Shown here piece after piece: positions 39,290-52,893 of a stretch of 64,000 bases of DNA. The translations under genes and the position numbers were made by a program. Position 1 is the first letter of the stretch. Every line of letters starts with the position of its first letter. The notes below the pieces were generated by a model. The model worked only from the letters and a program-made list of their open reading frames with translations, was not told the DNA's origin and did not search any database. Origin of the DNA: Macrostomum lignano (Eukaryota); contig NIVC01000785.1 in assembly GCA_002269645.1 (NCBI GenBank), positions 1 to 64,000 on the forward strand, given 5' to 3'.

Positions 39290-40035
39290 GAGAGGTGAGA
39301 GAGGGAGGTGAGAGAGGGAGGTGAGAGAGGGAGGTGAGAGAGGGAGGTGAGAGAGGGAGGTGAGAGAGGGAGGTGAGAGAGGGAGGTGAGAGAGGGAGGT
39401 GAGAGAGGGAGGTGAGAGAGGGAGGTGAGAGAGGGAGGTGAGAGAGGGAGGTGAGAGAGGGAGGTGAGAGAGGGAGGTGAGAGAGGGAGGAGAGAGAGGG
39501 AGGTGAGAGAGGGAGGTGAGTGAAAGAGGGAGGTGAGAGAGGGAGGTGAGTGAGAGAGGGAGGTGAGAGAGGGAGGTGAGAGAGGGAGGTGAGAGAGGGA
39601 GGTGAGAGAGGGAGGTGAGAGAGGGAGGTGAGAGAGGGAGGTGAGAGAGGGCGGTGAGAGAGGGCGGTGAGTGAGGGAGATAAGAGAGGGAGGTGAGAGA
39701 GGGAGGTGAGAGAGGGAGGTGAGTGAGAGAGGGAGGTGAGAGAGGGAGGTGAGAGAGGGAGGTGAGAGAGGGAGGTGAGAGAGGGAGGTGAGAGAGGGAG
39801 GTGAGAGAGGGAGGTGAGAGAGAGACGTGAGAGAGGGAGGTGAGAGAGGGAGGTGAGAGAGGGAGGTGAGAGAGGGAGGTGAGAGAGGGAGGTGAGAGAG
39901 GGAGGTGAGAGAGAGACGTGAGAGAGGGAGGTGAGAGAGGGAGGTGAGAGAGAGACGTGAGAGAGAGACGTGAGAGAGGGAGGTGAGAGAGAGAGGTGAG
40001 AGAGAGAGGTGAGAGAGGGAGGTGAGAGAGGGAGA
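39290..40035. repeat. 13-bp purine-rich tandem (GAGAGGGAGGTGA)
   Basis: Direct inspection. Confidence 0.97.
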
Positions 40036-40811
40036 GGGAGAGGCAGGAGAGGAGAAGAGAGTGGTAGAAAGGAGAAAGATGAGAAAAGGTTGCAGGGCTG
40101 GAGTCTGTGCCTGAGCCGCATACCGCAGTTAAGAATAATGCCGAGCACTTTAGGCGGAGTAAAAAACACTCCAAGCAGTCCCGTCCAGAAGGGGTGAGGG
40201 CAGAAGAGGGCAGAGTTGGGAAAACGCAGAGAGAAAGCTCAAGCTGTTTGCTTTTAGGCTGCTTAACAATGTGAGCAATTTTCGAATGGCCGACAGCGGA
40301 GAATGCTAAAGCAAACTATTCCTTAAAAATTGGCCTCCAAAAATAGAAGAGAGGCCAGCGTTGGCCTTGTTTGGACAGCAGGCATGCAAGTGGGGGTGTG
40401 TAGATTTCTCTGAGCATTGAAGCGTTGGACAGACTTGGCGATCTAATTTGAGGCTCTGAGATTTGCGGCCTTACTAAGCAATTATTCAATGTATTGGACT
40501 ATGCGGCAAAGGAAGGCGGCCCTTTCCTCTCAACGTGCCCTGATCTGAATTTGCAGGGTTAGATACGCCTGCAGGCTTCAGTGGGCCATAGACTATGCTG
40601 TTCGGTTCAGTGCGAATTTGGAATGCAAGACTGGGTGACTCATGCCCCTGCACCGAGCCAGTCATACTAATTAATATTGTTACTTCCTTAAATACTTAAT
40701 AGCGCTACCAGTACTCAATGCAAAACTGCCGCTAAAAAACTAATGGCATCCAATTACACATGGCTCGTGACGTGAAATGACTATGATTTTGTCTTAGTGT
40801 CTTAGTGTCTT

Positions 40812-41578
<767 letters not shown>

Positions 41579-42017
41579 TTATGCTCTCTCCACGTTCGGT
41601 ACTCACTATATGAGCCATGGCCGATCCTGATCCTGAAACTTACAAGTTTTTGAGTCGCCTGGACTCCTAAAACAAGAAGCGACAGTGTACCTGATATTCC
41701 GTACTCAAGCATGGACTGAGTTTCTCGATCCCAGCAGTCAACATATGGCTGACTCGATTTGGCTTATTGGCAGTCACGCGCTCGAGTACTTTCTTGAGCT
41801 TTTGGCCTTCCTTCCAGCCCGATCGATTCTGTCTCTCCACTTGGCGACTTAACGTCGAGCCTCTCTGTATCTGCGTTAGAACTGTGCTCTGTATAGATTC
41901 TACCAAAATCGATAATTTCGACACTCGCCGCTTTTTTGTCCTGCTGAGTCCGGTCTTTAAGAGGGCAAACGTATTTCCCAAAATCATGATACGTGCTGCT
42001 ATACATTCTTTTAGCTG

Positions 42018-42274
<257 letters not shown>

Positions 42275-43095
42275 ATTACATTCTTATATCATTAAAACTT
42301 TGAGCGATTCATATTTTCAACTATAACCTCAGTCGTAGAGTCAATTCTCCCCTACTGAGCAGCATATGACGCTCGCTATTCCAGTAATCCAAAGGTCCCA
42401 TAGAAAAATCCCCACCGTAACGGCCATAGCCATAGCGGCAACTCTGGACCGGACTTGAACTCTTCCCACCCAGGGAAAATTGTCAAGCAGGAAGTGAAGC
42501 AGCCCGCACAAAAACTAGGGGAAGTCTTTTGGTAGCGTCAGGGAGAGGGAAAGAGGGGGAGCAAAGTGGACGGCAAGGCTGCGTCACCATGGAAACCAAT
42601 GCCAACAGTTTCCTAACCCTTCAGCTCAGCTCTCAGTTTCGGGCGAGACAACCCTCCACACCGCCCACTCGTGCACACCACAATGGCATTGCTGCGTAGG
42701 GCAACGCTGGTTGGTGAAAAGACTTGGGGAGAGAGACAGACAGACGTGCGGCAGGGTTATTGGCCTAAGCATATAGTGATGCCCCCAGCCAAGTATAAGA
42801 ACGGTGAGTGAGACCCAACTGCAGTAGAATTCTCAAGGGATCCGAAGACACGGCAACGTTGGTGCGCCCACTACTAGTACACGTCTCTCTCTCTCTCTCC
42901 ATCATTACTAGCTCTTTCCCCATCGCTGCTCCACAATAGTATTTGAGCACACCCCGACTGACTCAGCATAATACACCCTAGAGAATACGCCCTGAAGAGA
43001 ATTTAACAGCTTCATCAAACAAGAGACTGAGAAAGCGGAAATTTTAACATCTGTATCTTTTGTTGTCGAGTAAAATAAATCAGAAAAAGCAAAAC

Positions 43096-46000
43096 ATGAC
43101 GTCTGGAGGACTGAACTGCTGCAGATGGCTCTGCTGTGTGTTTGTCGTATTTGTCAACGTTATCAGCATTGTGAGTTTGTGATGAACATCCGATGTTATA
43201 AAGTATAAAGTCTATGTTTAAAGCAGTCTGCACCATAGGATCAGTGTGAGGTGAAGCAGTCTGCACCATAGGATCAGTGTGAGGCAAAGCAGTCTGCACC
43301 ATAGGATCAGTGTGAGGCAAAGCAGTCTGCCCCATAGGATCAGTGTGAGGCAAAGCAGTCTGCACCATAGGATCTGTGTGAGGCAAAGCAGTCTGCACCA
43401 TAGGATCAGTGTGAGGTGAAGCAGTCTGCACCATAGGATCTGTGTGAGGCAAAGCAGTCTGCACCAAAGGATCTGTGTGAGGTAAAGCAGTCTGCACCAT
43501 AGGATCTGTGTGAGGTAAAGCAGTCTGCACCATAGGATCTGTGTGAGGTAAAGCAGTCTGCACCATAGGATCAGTGTGAGGCAAAGCAGTCTGCACCATA
43601 GGATCTGTGTGAGGTGAAGCAGTCTGCATTTGTTTAGCTTGAAGTTTATAGTAGTTTGCAGAATACTTTTTCAGTAGTAAACTTAAGTCAGCAGTTAGCC
43701 GCTTAAAAAAGCCACGATCAATAAATATGATATTCAAGGTAAGCAAAATTTTATTACTTGATTGACACCCGCAGCTGCTGGGACTTCTTCTGGCCGTCCT
43801 GGGCGCCATCCTGCTCTGGGGCTACGCTGTGATTCAAAGCGTGGCCTCATCCTACATTGCGAGCCTCAGCGCCGGCTTTAGGACGACATTTGGCACTGAT
43901 ATCAACTTACAGGCCTACATTGAAGGCATGGCCAATATCACTGGCTCGGCGGCTGGTATCCTCATCGGCTTTGGAGTGCTGCTCGTCATTGTGAGCTGCA
44001 TTGGCTGCTTTGGAGTCTGCCTTGGCCACAAGATCTGCCTCATCATCGTGCGTTTTAGCGCTTATATATCGCTCAATAGTAGCTAGAATAGTAGCTTTAA
44101 TAGTAGCTAGACTAGTAGCTTTAATAGTAGCTAGAATAGTAGACTAGGAGCTAGACTAGTAGACTAGTAGCTAGACTAGTAGACTAGTAGCTAGGCCAGT
44201 AGACTAGTAGCTAGACCAGTAGACTAGCAGCTAGACCAGTAGACTAGTAGCTGGACTAGTAGCCTAGTAGCTAGACTATTAGCTAGACTGGCAGCTAGAC
44301 TAGTAGACTAGCAGCTAGACCAGTAGACTAGTAGCTGGACTAGTAGCCTAGTAGCTAGACTATTAGCTAGACTGGCAGCTAGACTAGTAGACTAGTAGCT
44401 AGACTATTAGCTAGACTGGCAGCTAGACTAGTAGCTTTAATAGTAGCTAGAATAGTAGCTAGACTATTAGCTAGACTAGTAGCTAGACTAGTAGCTAGAC
44501 TAGTAGCTTTAATAGTAGCTAGAATAGTAGCTAGACTATTAGCTAGACTAGTAGCTAGACTAGTAGCTTTAATAGTAGCTAGAATAGTAGCTAGACTATT
44601 AGCTAGACTAGTAGCTAGACTAGTAGCTAGACAAAAGCTATCGCTAAAAATAAAAGCCAGTATTCTCAGAAATGTTCCCAGCAACAGAAAGGCATTTATC
44701 CCTCGAATTCCCAACGCCCCTCCGCAGTACATGGTCTGCGTGGCCCTACTGCTCATCGGTCAGCTCATTGTCGTCATCATTTGGTTTGCCGACAGCAACA
44801 TCGTAAGTTTTCGATGGCGACTTTAGCTGAGGCGTCTTTGAATGTTTTGAAGGCTGTCTTTGCGCAAACCATGCAGTACACAACAAAAATAGGAAGTTCT
44901 CATTTTTTGTTTCAGCACAAAACGCAAATTTTTGCGGCAAATCATATCAGCTTACTTTTTGCGTGAAGTCGAACTGAACTTTACAGGCTTTCTAAGAAAC
45001 CAAGATTCTTTCGAATTGCTTTGAATTAAAAAATACCTAAATTAACTGGCGTACTACTTATAGTAGACTTAGAAGTTTGGGTGTAAAAATATCGAATGCA
45101 ATTGCTGACAACTGGTGACCTCAACTCTTGCAGATGAAGAGAAGTGTCCGGACCACAATGGACAGACAGGTGGAGGTGTACACTGGCGAGCAAAACTCCA
45201 ACTTTGAAACCATCACGCTGAACCTGCTGCAGACCCTGGTGGGATGCTGCGGTGTCAATAACGGATCCGATTTCAACTTTAGCAAGAACTGGAACAGAAC
45301 TTTCACCATCACGGACAAGAATGACAACACGTCCAGTGTTACATTTAGTAAGTAAAAAATAAAGTTCCGCATCACAAGAGTCACCTGTAGGCTATAAAAA
45401 TGAGGCATGGAAATCTAAATTATAGTGGAGGCAGTCTATAGTTGGCCCTGATGGATGGAGGACAATTTTTCTGAAGAATTGAGGGTGGAAAATTTTTTCT
45501 ATCTTGACTCAGCTGCGGGGGGTTCCGGGAATCCGGATGCAGCGAGGAGGCGTTGCCGCCCATTCCGCCAACCACTGGCGACTACGGGCAGCTGGTGCTG
45601 CGGGTGTTGCTCAGGGAGTTCCGGTGGTGCCGGTGTCCGCAGCGCGGTCCCCCTCCGGAGAGTCCAGGAGGTGGATTGTCGCTCGCCCGGTAGCCCTTAG
45701 GTAGCGGACGAGCTGGCTGAGATTCTGGGGCCTGAAAACATCGGAGAGGTCCGGGTTTGAACCGAGGTGGGTGAGCCTGTCCTGAGTAGAGGCGTGGCAT
45801 TCACATATGAAATGCTCTGGATTCTCGACACCGGAGAGGCAGAATGGGCATTCCTTGCTACGGATTTTTCCCAGGAGGTGGCGATGCCTGGCAAAACAGC
45901 CATGTCCCGAGCGGGCCATGGTGACCGCCCTGATGTCCCTGTGGTTGAGACCAAGCAGGGCCCTGCGGAGGGCGGGGAAGGGCAGTCGAGGGCGTTAGCC

Positions 46001-47582
46001 CACCTCTCCCTGTGCTTAGAAAAGTTTTTTATCAGATAAATTTCAAATAATTCATCATCAATATTCGTTGCGTCTACTTGCAGACCTGACTTACCCGGTG
46101 ACCTGCTGCAAGTTCAACACAACTTCGTTCACCCTGCAAGACCAGTACTGCCCCTACAACGGCACCACTGCCACGAGCAACTACGAAGTCGGCTGTTATA
46201 ACAAGGTGTTCCAATTGGTTGAAACCTACGCCAGTTTGAACGACTTCTTCTATGCTCTGGCAGGTCTTCTCGGTCTGGAGGTGAGCGTGGATTCTTTATA
46301 TGGGACGATTGTCGTAAAGTCATTGGAGCGGATTGTGGCAAATTTTCGGGGTAGATTGTGACAGATTCTCGGGACGGATTGTGGCAGATTCCCGGGATGG
46401 ATTGTGACAGATTCTCGGGACGGATTGTGGCAGATTCCCGGGATGGATTGTGGCAGATTCTTGGGATGGATTGTGGTAGATTCCCGGGATGGATTGTGGC
46501 AGATTCTCATGACGGATTGTGGCAGATTCTCGGGGCGGATTGTGGCAGATTCTTGAGACAGATTGTAGCAGATTCTTGAGACAGATTGTGACAAGATTCT
46601 TGAGAAGGATGTGGCAGATTCTCAGGATTGTGGCAGATTCTCATTGCAAATTGGGACAGATTCTCGGGGCGGATTGTGGCAGATTCTCATTGCAAATTGG
46701 GACAGATTCTCGGGGCGGATTGTGGCAGATTCTTGGGATGGATTGTGGCAGATTCTTGGGACGGATTGTGGCAGATTCTTGGGATGGATTGTGGCAGATT
46801 CTCATTGCAAATTGGGGCAGATTCTTGGGGCGGATTGTGGCAGATTCTCATTGCAACTTGGGGCAGATTCTCGGGGCGGATTGTGGCAGATTCTTGGGAC
46901 GGATTGGGACAGATTCTCGGGACGGATTGGGGCAGATTCTCGGGACGGATTGGGACAGATTCTCGGGACGGATTGGGGCAGATTCTCGGGACGGATTTTG
47001 GCAGATTCTCGGGACGGATTGGGGCAGATTCTCGGGACGGATTGGGGCAGATTCTCGGGACGGATTTTGGCAGATTCTCGGGACGGATTGGGGCAGATTC
47101 TCGGGACGGATTGGGGCAGATTCTCGGGACGGATTGGGACAGATTCTCGGGACGGATTGGGGCAGATTCTCGAGACGGATTGGGGCAGATTCTCGGGACG
47201 GATTGGGACAGATTCTCGGGACGGATTGGGACAGATTCTCGAGACGGATTGGGGCAGATTCTCGGGACGGATTGGGACAGATTCTCGGGACGGATTGGGG
47301 CAGATTCTCGAGACGGATTGTGGCAGATTCTCGGGACGGATTGGGGCAGATTCTCGGGACGGATTGGGGCAGATTCTCGGGATGGATTGGGGCAGATTCT
47401 CGGGACGGATTGGGGCAGATTCTCGGGAGGGATTGGGGCAGATTCTCGGGACATGCAAATGAAATGTTTTTCAACTCCAGCTGCTACTCATCGTGGGAGC
47501 TCTGCTGGTCTACTGCGCCAAACGACAAGCGGATGACGGCAGAAATCCAGACTCACAGTACAAGATGAACCAGATTGCGTAA
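43096..47582 (+). CDS. Tetraspanin (4 TM; EC2 with CCG and 6 Cys)
   Basis: Exons 43096-43170, 43775-44047, 44728-44802, 45134-45347, 46084-46280, 47481-47582; all GT-AG with consistent phases. IGCFGVC in TM2, LQTLVGCCG, YPVTCC, GCYNKV, TM4 LAGLLGLELLLIVGALLVYC. Confidence 0.94.
43221..43628. repeat. 33-bp minisatellite (GCAGTCTGCACCATAGGATCAGTGTGAGGCAAA) in tetraspanin intron 1
   Basis: ~12 units; source of the QTALPHTDPMV junk ORF. Confidence 0.97.
44077..44631. repeat. (TAGTAGCTAGAC)-type 12-bp compound tandem in tetraspanin intron 2
   Basis: Direct inspection. Confidence 0.95.
45503..46017 (-). mobile_element. Short 3' fragment of a non-LTR retrotransposon related to 19324-20669 (tetraspanin intron 4)
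   Basis: Minus strand MARSGHGCFARH...CPFCLSGVENPEHFICEC...LTHLGSNPDLSDVFRPQNLSQLVRYLRATGR parallels the first element's C-terminus; same terminal AGTCAAG; imperfect GAAAA(G)TTTTTT..AT repeats at both flanks. Confidence 0.85.
46325..47450. repeat. 23-bp minisatellite (GGATTGGGGCAGATTCTCGGGAC) filling tetraspanin intron 5
   Basis: Direct inspection; the long ORFs across it are repeat artefacts. Confidence 0.96.
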
Positions 47583-48519
47583 CTCTGCTGAGTAGCGAAT
47601 CGCCATAGCAACCAACCGGACAGCTAATCTCGAAACATGCAACAGCGGCCGTGGAAGTTCGCCACGTTTCGTGAATAGAACTGAGCTAAACATTTTAAAG
47701 ATATTGGCACTGTACACTCAAACATGGAATAGGCTCATTTCCTCGTATTGTAATTTAAAGACACACAATTATAAATTAGAATTAATCCACAAGCACTATT
47801 AAGATCTCGTAACGATAACGTTTGAGTGCGATTTTTAAAATATCTTTTTTCTAGGTTTATAATCGACACTCGGTTTATTTAATGTGATTTTATTACATTT
47901 TGGCTAAGCCGAGTGGGTTATTGCTGCTCACATTAGTAGTCAGTATTTGAGTTTTGAATCTGGTTGAAAATTGGGACAGTTTAGTTAAAAAAATCTAAGT
48001 AGAAAATGGTGTGCAGGATTCGCTGTTTTTTTACAAAACTTTATCATGCTCATTTTCGAATATTGTCACACTTGCTCATTATTCCTCTGAGTATAACATT
48101 CACTATTTTTTCATGATGCTACGAGCTAAATTCGTTGATAAATTCATCTAACTGCCCCGTTTTCCTCTGTGTGAAAAAATATTATTTTGTTTAATCATTT
48201 TATTTGCAACTCGCGATCTTGGAAAAAATTGTAAAACCTGTTTTTTATGGAACCTATACGTTTGCCTCGTTTTTTTTAACAAAACGCTCAAAAATATCTT
48301 CTCTTTGATCTTTTCCGAGAGTTTATTCAAGTTCGAAAAGTTTTCAAAACTGCATAAAAATATTACTGTATATAATTAGTATATGTATAATCAGTGTATA
48401 AGCAAAGAATTTGGAACAACAATTTCAACAAAAGAAGAAGAATAATAATATTAATTATAATACCAATGATATTGTTAATAAAAATAACAACAACGGAAAA
48501 AATAAGGACAAAAACAACA

Positions 48520-48548
48520 GCAACAATGATAACAACAATAAAAACAAT

Positions 48549-48597
<49 letters not shown>
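48520..48597. repeat. (AAC)n microsatellite with an AAT-rich flank
   Basis: Direct inspection. Confidence 0.95.
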
Positions 48598-48598
<1 letters not shown>

Positions 48599-50617
48599 AA
48601 TACACAGTCCCCAGAGTCAATGGAGAGTCAGTTAAAGAGACAGAGTCAATTGGCGCGCCGAACAAAGTCCGGCCTATTAATGGTGTCGGGCTCCTGGCGT
48701 CGCTCAAGATACAGTACACGTATCTTCGGGTCTTCGCCTGACCCTATCAAAACATTAAGCTTTGCATTTGCCATTTCTGGGGTCAGAGCTATCTGATGAC
48801 TGAAAATGCCAATTCAAAGTGCAACCAGTCCAAAAAAAAATCCTATAAGTACTCATTAAATAACTCATTAAATAACGCCGGAGTGGTAAACCTGATCTCA
48901 ACAAGGAAAAACTCATTTTTAAGCAGAACATTTTTTTATCTTAGAAGAATTAAAAATTTCATTAGAAGCCTAGCAATTTTGCGACGAATATTTGAAATTT
49001 TGATGTAGGAACTTTTGACACGCTGTAAAATCAGAATTTTTTTAGAAGCGAGAGTATTGAAATTGTGATGCAGAAAAAAGCATTATTCGTAACTAAATTT
49101 TAGAAACACTCACTTCTCTAGACAGTAAACAATTGTGTCAATTGTTTGACCATTTTTGATTTAATCCGACAAGAAATAGATATCTTCTTTCTTTTGAAAA
49201 GCATTGATTATCCCATCTACTACTACTTATCCCATCAAGAGCCGTTTCCCTTGCTCTAATGGGAGAATAATTTTTCTAAAGTACCACAAAATCAGTCTGC
49301 TCTCAGCTGACTGGCTGTAAAATGCAGAAGAATGATAAATTGAAAAGGGCACTCTTTAATAAAATGAAAATCATCGAGCCATTCGGACACATCTCTGCGC
49401 TGTCTGATGCAATATTAAAAGGGACATGCCCACTTAGTGAGGCCGCAGCCTTGCATATACTTTTTAGTTGGCAAAGAATATCTTTTCTGGCCTCTCTGCA
49501 CGCCAAAGTAGGTCACGCACTCATTTACACTGAATTCTTGGCTTGTGCAGCTCCCTCATCACAATACGGACGGGCACTTTGAGTCGTGCTTTGGTGAGTG
49601 ATCCACAGAGAGGAATCTGTAGGCCTCTAAATCCTTTACTATAGTTACGACTAAGGATTGACTGTCCAAGACCGATAGGCTTTATCATGTTTTTCATTGG
49701 CCAACTCCTAATAAAGCAGGCGGGCGACTAGCGCATAGCGGTAATAAAATATCAGTTTTGCCGTCTTGTCAACAACATCTATTCATGCATTGCCTCAAGC
49801 AGATTACAGAGATCCTTGCCTCTAGTTGCTTGACGATGTTCTTGCAAGTTGTTTATTAGCCTTCTAATAGTAATATTTTAACTGCTGCACTTCTTAATCT
49901 GACGCTTCTAAATTACTTCTTCGGGAGAGAGCTTAAAATATTGTTTTCTGCATTCCATAAAATTATATAGTGCTAGCGTTTTTTGGACCACTAGTGTATT
50001 GTGCTGTTTGCACTTTAGTGTATGGTCTTTAAGACGTCCAGGCTGCCCCCTTTATTTATGCCCCAGCCTATCAGGACTGCCGTGTGCGGTCCGCTGATTG
50101 GCTGAGCCATTTTCAGCATGTCCGAACACATGTTTAGTACAAATTAACATTTCAATTGATAGTACCAGGACCGGGTTGTCAGTGGTTGGTAAAGTTCTAA
50201 AAATAGCATCATACAGTGTAAGCTACATCGCTTTTAAGAATTTTGGTTTAAGAATTCGGCCATAGACATCTGCACAAAGGAGGCAGCGGAAGATTTGGTC
50301 TTGCCCATAGACATAGACATAGATAGAAAAAGGCAACCAAGTTGATAATTCGGCCATAGACATCAGCACAAAGAAGGATGCCAGTATAGCAACCTCTTGA
50401 TAATACACTTTCTGCTTTTCAAAACTAATATTGAATAATTATAACCGTCGCTTGCCCACGGACAGCAGACATGGCACAAAATAAATCGGACACTTGGCAA
50501 CAAATTTTGCTATGCTTTAAATTTTTTAAGCAAACTGCGAGCCATCACGAGCTGGTGGAAGTACGAACCTCGTTTTACTTATTTAGCTATCATTTTAATA
50601 CGTTTATAAATGTGTAG

Positions 50618-52893
50618 TGTAGTGAGCCGCTAATTTAGTGTCAGGCGTCGCCCTATTGTCAGCAGTTCCCTCGCCCTCACCCTCGCCCCGGTGTTAGAGT
50701 TTAGGATCTCCGCGTTTTAGTGTCTCCGGCCCGGAGATCACAAACTGAAAATTGTGTCATTTTAAGATCGCCCACACGGAGATCGGAAACCATAACATAA
50801 GATAGAGTTACAGGTCTCCGCCGTGTTAGGATCTCCGCGGTTCTTTTCTATATGAAAGTTATAGCTACTTCTATGTACATCGAGATTGGCACCCCAAAGT
50901 GTGAGCAGTCTTGCGTAACTTTCAATAGGCTTTGCACATTTTGGAGATCAGCTTTGTACTCATATTTTATGGGTGGCGGGAAGCGCTGTAAACATTTATA
51001 TTGGGCAGATAATAAGAAAGGTTTGTGCTGTGTGATTTTCGTCGATTTCTGCATTTCAAAGCTTGATGGCTTCGCTCAATCAAATATTTTTCTACGTCCT
51101 AAACAATGAATATACGCAGGTACCAGCCAGATTGGACGCCAGAGATAAGGCCAACTTAAAAAGACGTATTAGAGAAAAGAGCAAGCGTTTCTCCATCCAT
51201 GACGGAGCGCTTTACCACAGGGTGACTAATAAGGACGACAGTCAGCGAATGCGGCCTGAAGACCATCGCAGAGTACTTTTCACAGAGGAAGAGGTACGGG
51301 ATAAGATCCGCAGCCTTCACTCGCAAGGAAGTCACGTGGGTGTCAACAGCACAGTGAGCCTTTTTACTGCATGATACTATGCTGACCTCCCCGTCACACC
51401 GATTGCCAAGGCAGTGGTCGAGTCTTGTGACAGGTGCGAGCTGGTCACACCGTGGGAGCAGCTGGGGTTCAGGATCTGAAGCGAGGGGACAGAGTTAGGC
51501 TTTGCAATCTTCGCAGGGACGATCGGAAGGGTGGTAAGATGCGATACACTTGGAGTCAGCAAGTCTACATCGTGACCAGGTGTCTTGGTCAAAACGTGTA
51601 CAGGCTAGGAGGACTAACCGGGTGTGTCAATGGGAAACACCTCAAGAGATGCTTCCTCCAAGCACCGGCTGAAAGTGCATCACCGGTTTTTCACTAAGCG
51701 GACATTTACTTCATTACTTTAACAGTAAACAGTTTTCCATTTAAATACACAGTTGTGCGAGCATATACATATAAAACTAATGCTACGTTGATGATAAAAA
51801 TGCCTTTCCACTTCTTATACATGTACGCGTTCAATACCATGACCATTGGTTTTACACAAATGGGGGGGGAGATCGGAAACCGGAGATCCTAAACCAGGAC
51901 TTTGTTTTTGCGGCCCTGACGGAGAGCTAAAACTGGTTTAGAGTCTCCTGGGGGGAGATCAGAAACTGGTTTAAGATCTCCGGGTGCGGAGACCTGAAAA
52001 TGCCCCGGAGACCCTTAAACGGTTTCAGATCTCCTACCCCGGAGACCCACAACCGTTAGAAGTCTCCAGGGGAGATCCTAAACGGTTTAGGGTCTCCGCC
52101 CCGGACACCCTAAACTGACCGGACCCCCGGAGATTCTAAACCATAACACCTGGTCGCTGTCTGCCGCTAGGCAGCCTCCCACCCCTTTTGTCTGCCTGTT
52201 TGCTGTCCCCCATTCCCCGTTTTCTTTCTGTTCTCTGCTGCACTCTTCCCGTTTTATGCGCTCTTGTTTGCAGCCAACGGGCATCTCTGTTGTGGTCTGC
52301 TCTTGTTTCGCTCCTGTCCTGAGGTCACGGCGGTGGCCTGTTTTCCCTTGTCACGTGAGCTAGTCACATGACAAGCCTTGCTTTTTCTAGTTCGTGTTTC
52401 GTGTTTACTGGGGAATCACGTGCCCCTGGGCCCTTGCCTTTTTTGGGAAGAGGTGACTCATGTTTCTAAAAATAGACACTGAGTCACTCGGCCTTGTGCA
52501 CTTTGCCGGGAACCCCCGCTTTCTCTCTGGTGGAAAGTGACGTCAGTTCTAAAAATAGAAGAAGTCACGATCGGTCTCGCGCACAAAGGTGCACTGGGGG
52601 ATTCCCCGGCTATAAATACGGACCCCTCACCCTTGGCTCCGTCAATGAGTTTCTGAGTTCCTCGTTTCTCAGTTTTCTAAGTTTCCTGACATTCTGACAT
52701 TCCTGATATTTTCCTAAGTCCTATTCGTTCGAGTGCGTACAATCAACTCTTGCCTGACCATCCACCCCAGGCCCAAGCATATACGAGATCGAGGCTAACT
52801 CTGCCCTCCCAACCACCTGTTGAGCCCGGCAGGATCTGCTGACGAGACGCGAAGGCCGAGACCTGAAGGAACTGGTGGCAGCACTACCTACGC
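50618..52893 (+). mobile_element. Solo-LTR-like element (~800 bp once the Ginger insertion is removed); 3' boundary approximate
   Basis: Starts TGTAGTGA exactly where homology with the 23204 copy begins; AP-1 sites, TATAAATA at 52611; the halves rejoin as ...CTCGCC|CC(G/T)G|GTCGCTG as in the uninterrupted copy; canonical CA end and TSD not found. Confidence 0.6.
50692..52148 (+). mobile_element. Non-autonomous Ginger1 (Gypsy-integrase-related) DNA transposon with the DDE core deleted
   Basis: TIRs TGTTAGAGTTTAGGATCTCCG / reverse complement TGTTATGGTTTAGAATCTCCG; 4-bp TSD CCGG/CCTG; many subterminal GATCTCC/GGAGATC repeats; coding remnants 51063-51697: YPYY-like motif (YVLNNEY...KRFSIHDGALYH), HHCC (LHSQGSHVG...CDRC), then GPY/F-like KRGDRVRLCNLRRDDRKGGKMRYTW...VNGKHLKR. 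Confidence 0.87.

Noticed and set aside
48598-48745. Sequence next to (AAC)n that could be a retroposon 3' end with a (TTG)n tail
   Set aside because: Single copy in the window, with no A/B box, ORF or TSD
52839-52862. CTGACGAG...GAGA hammerhead-like core
   Set aside because: GAAA is GAGA, stem II pairs poorly, and there is no NUH site or stem III
52873-52882. TGGTGGCAGC as a tRNA-Leu primer-binding site after the LTR
   Set aside because: Only a 10-nt match, not preceded by a CA LTR end, and no gag/pol follows
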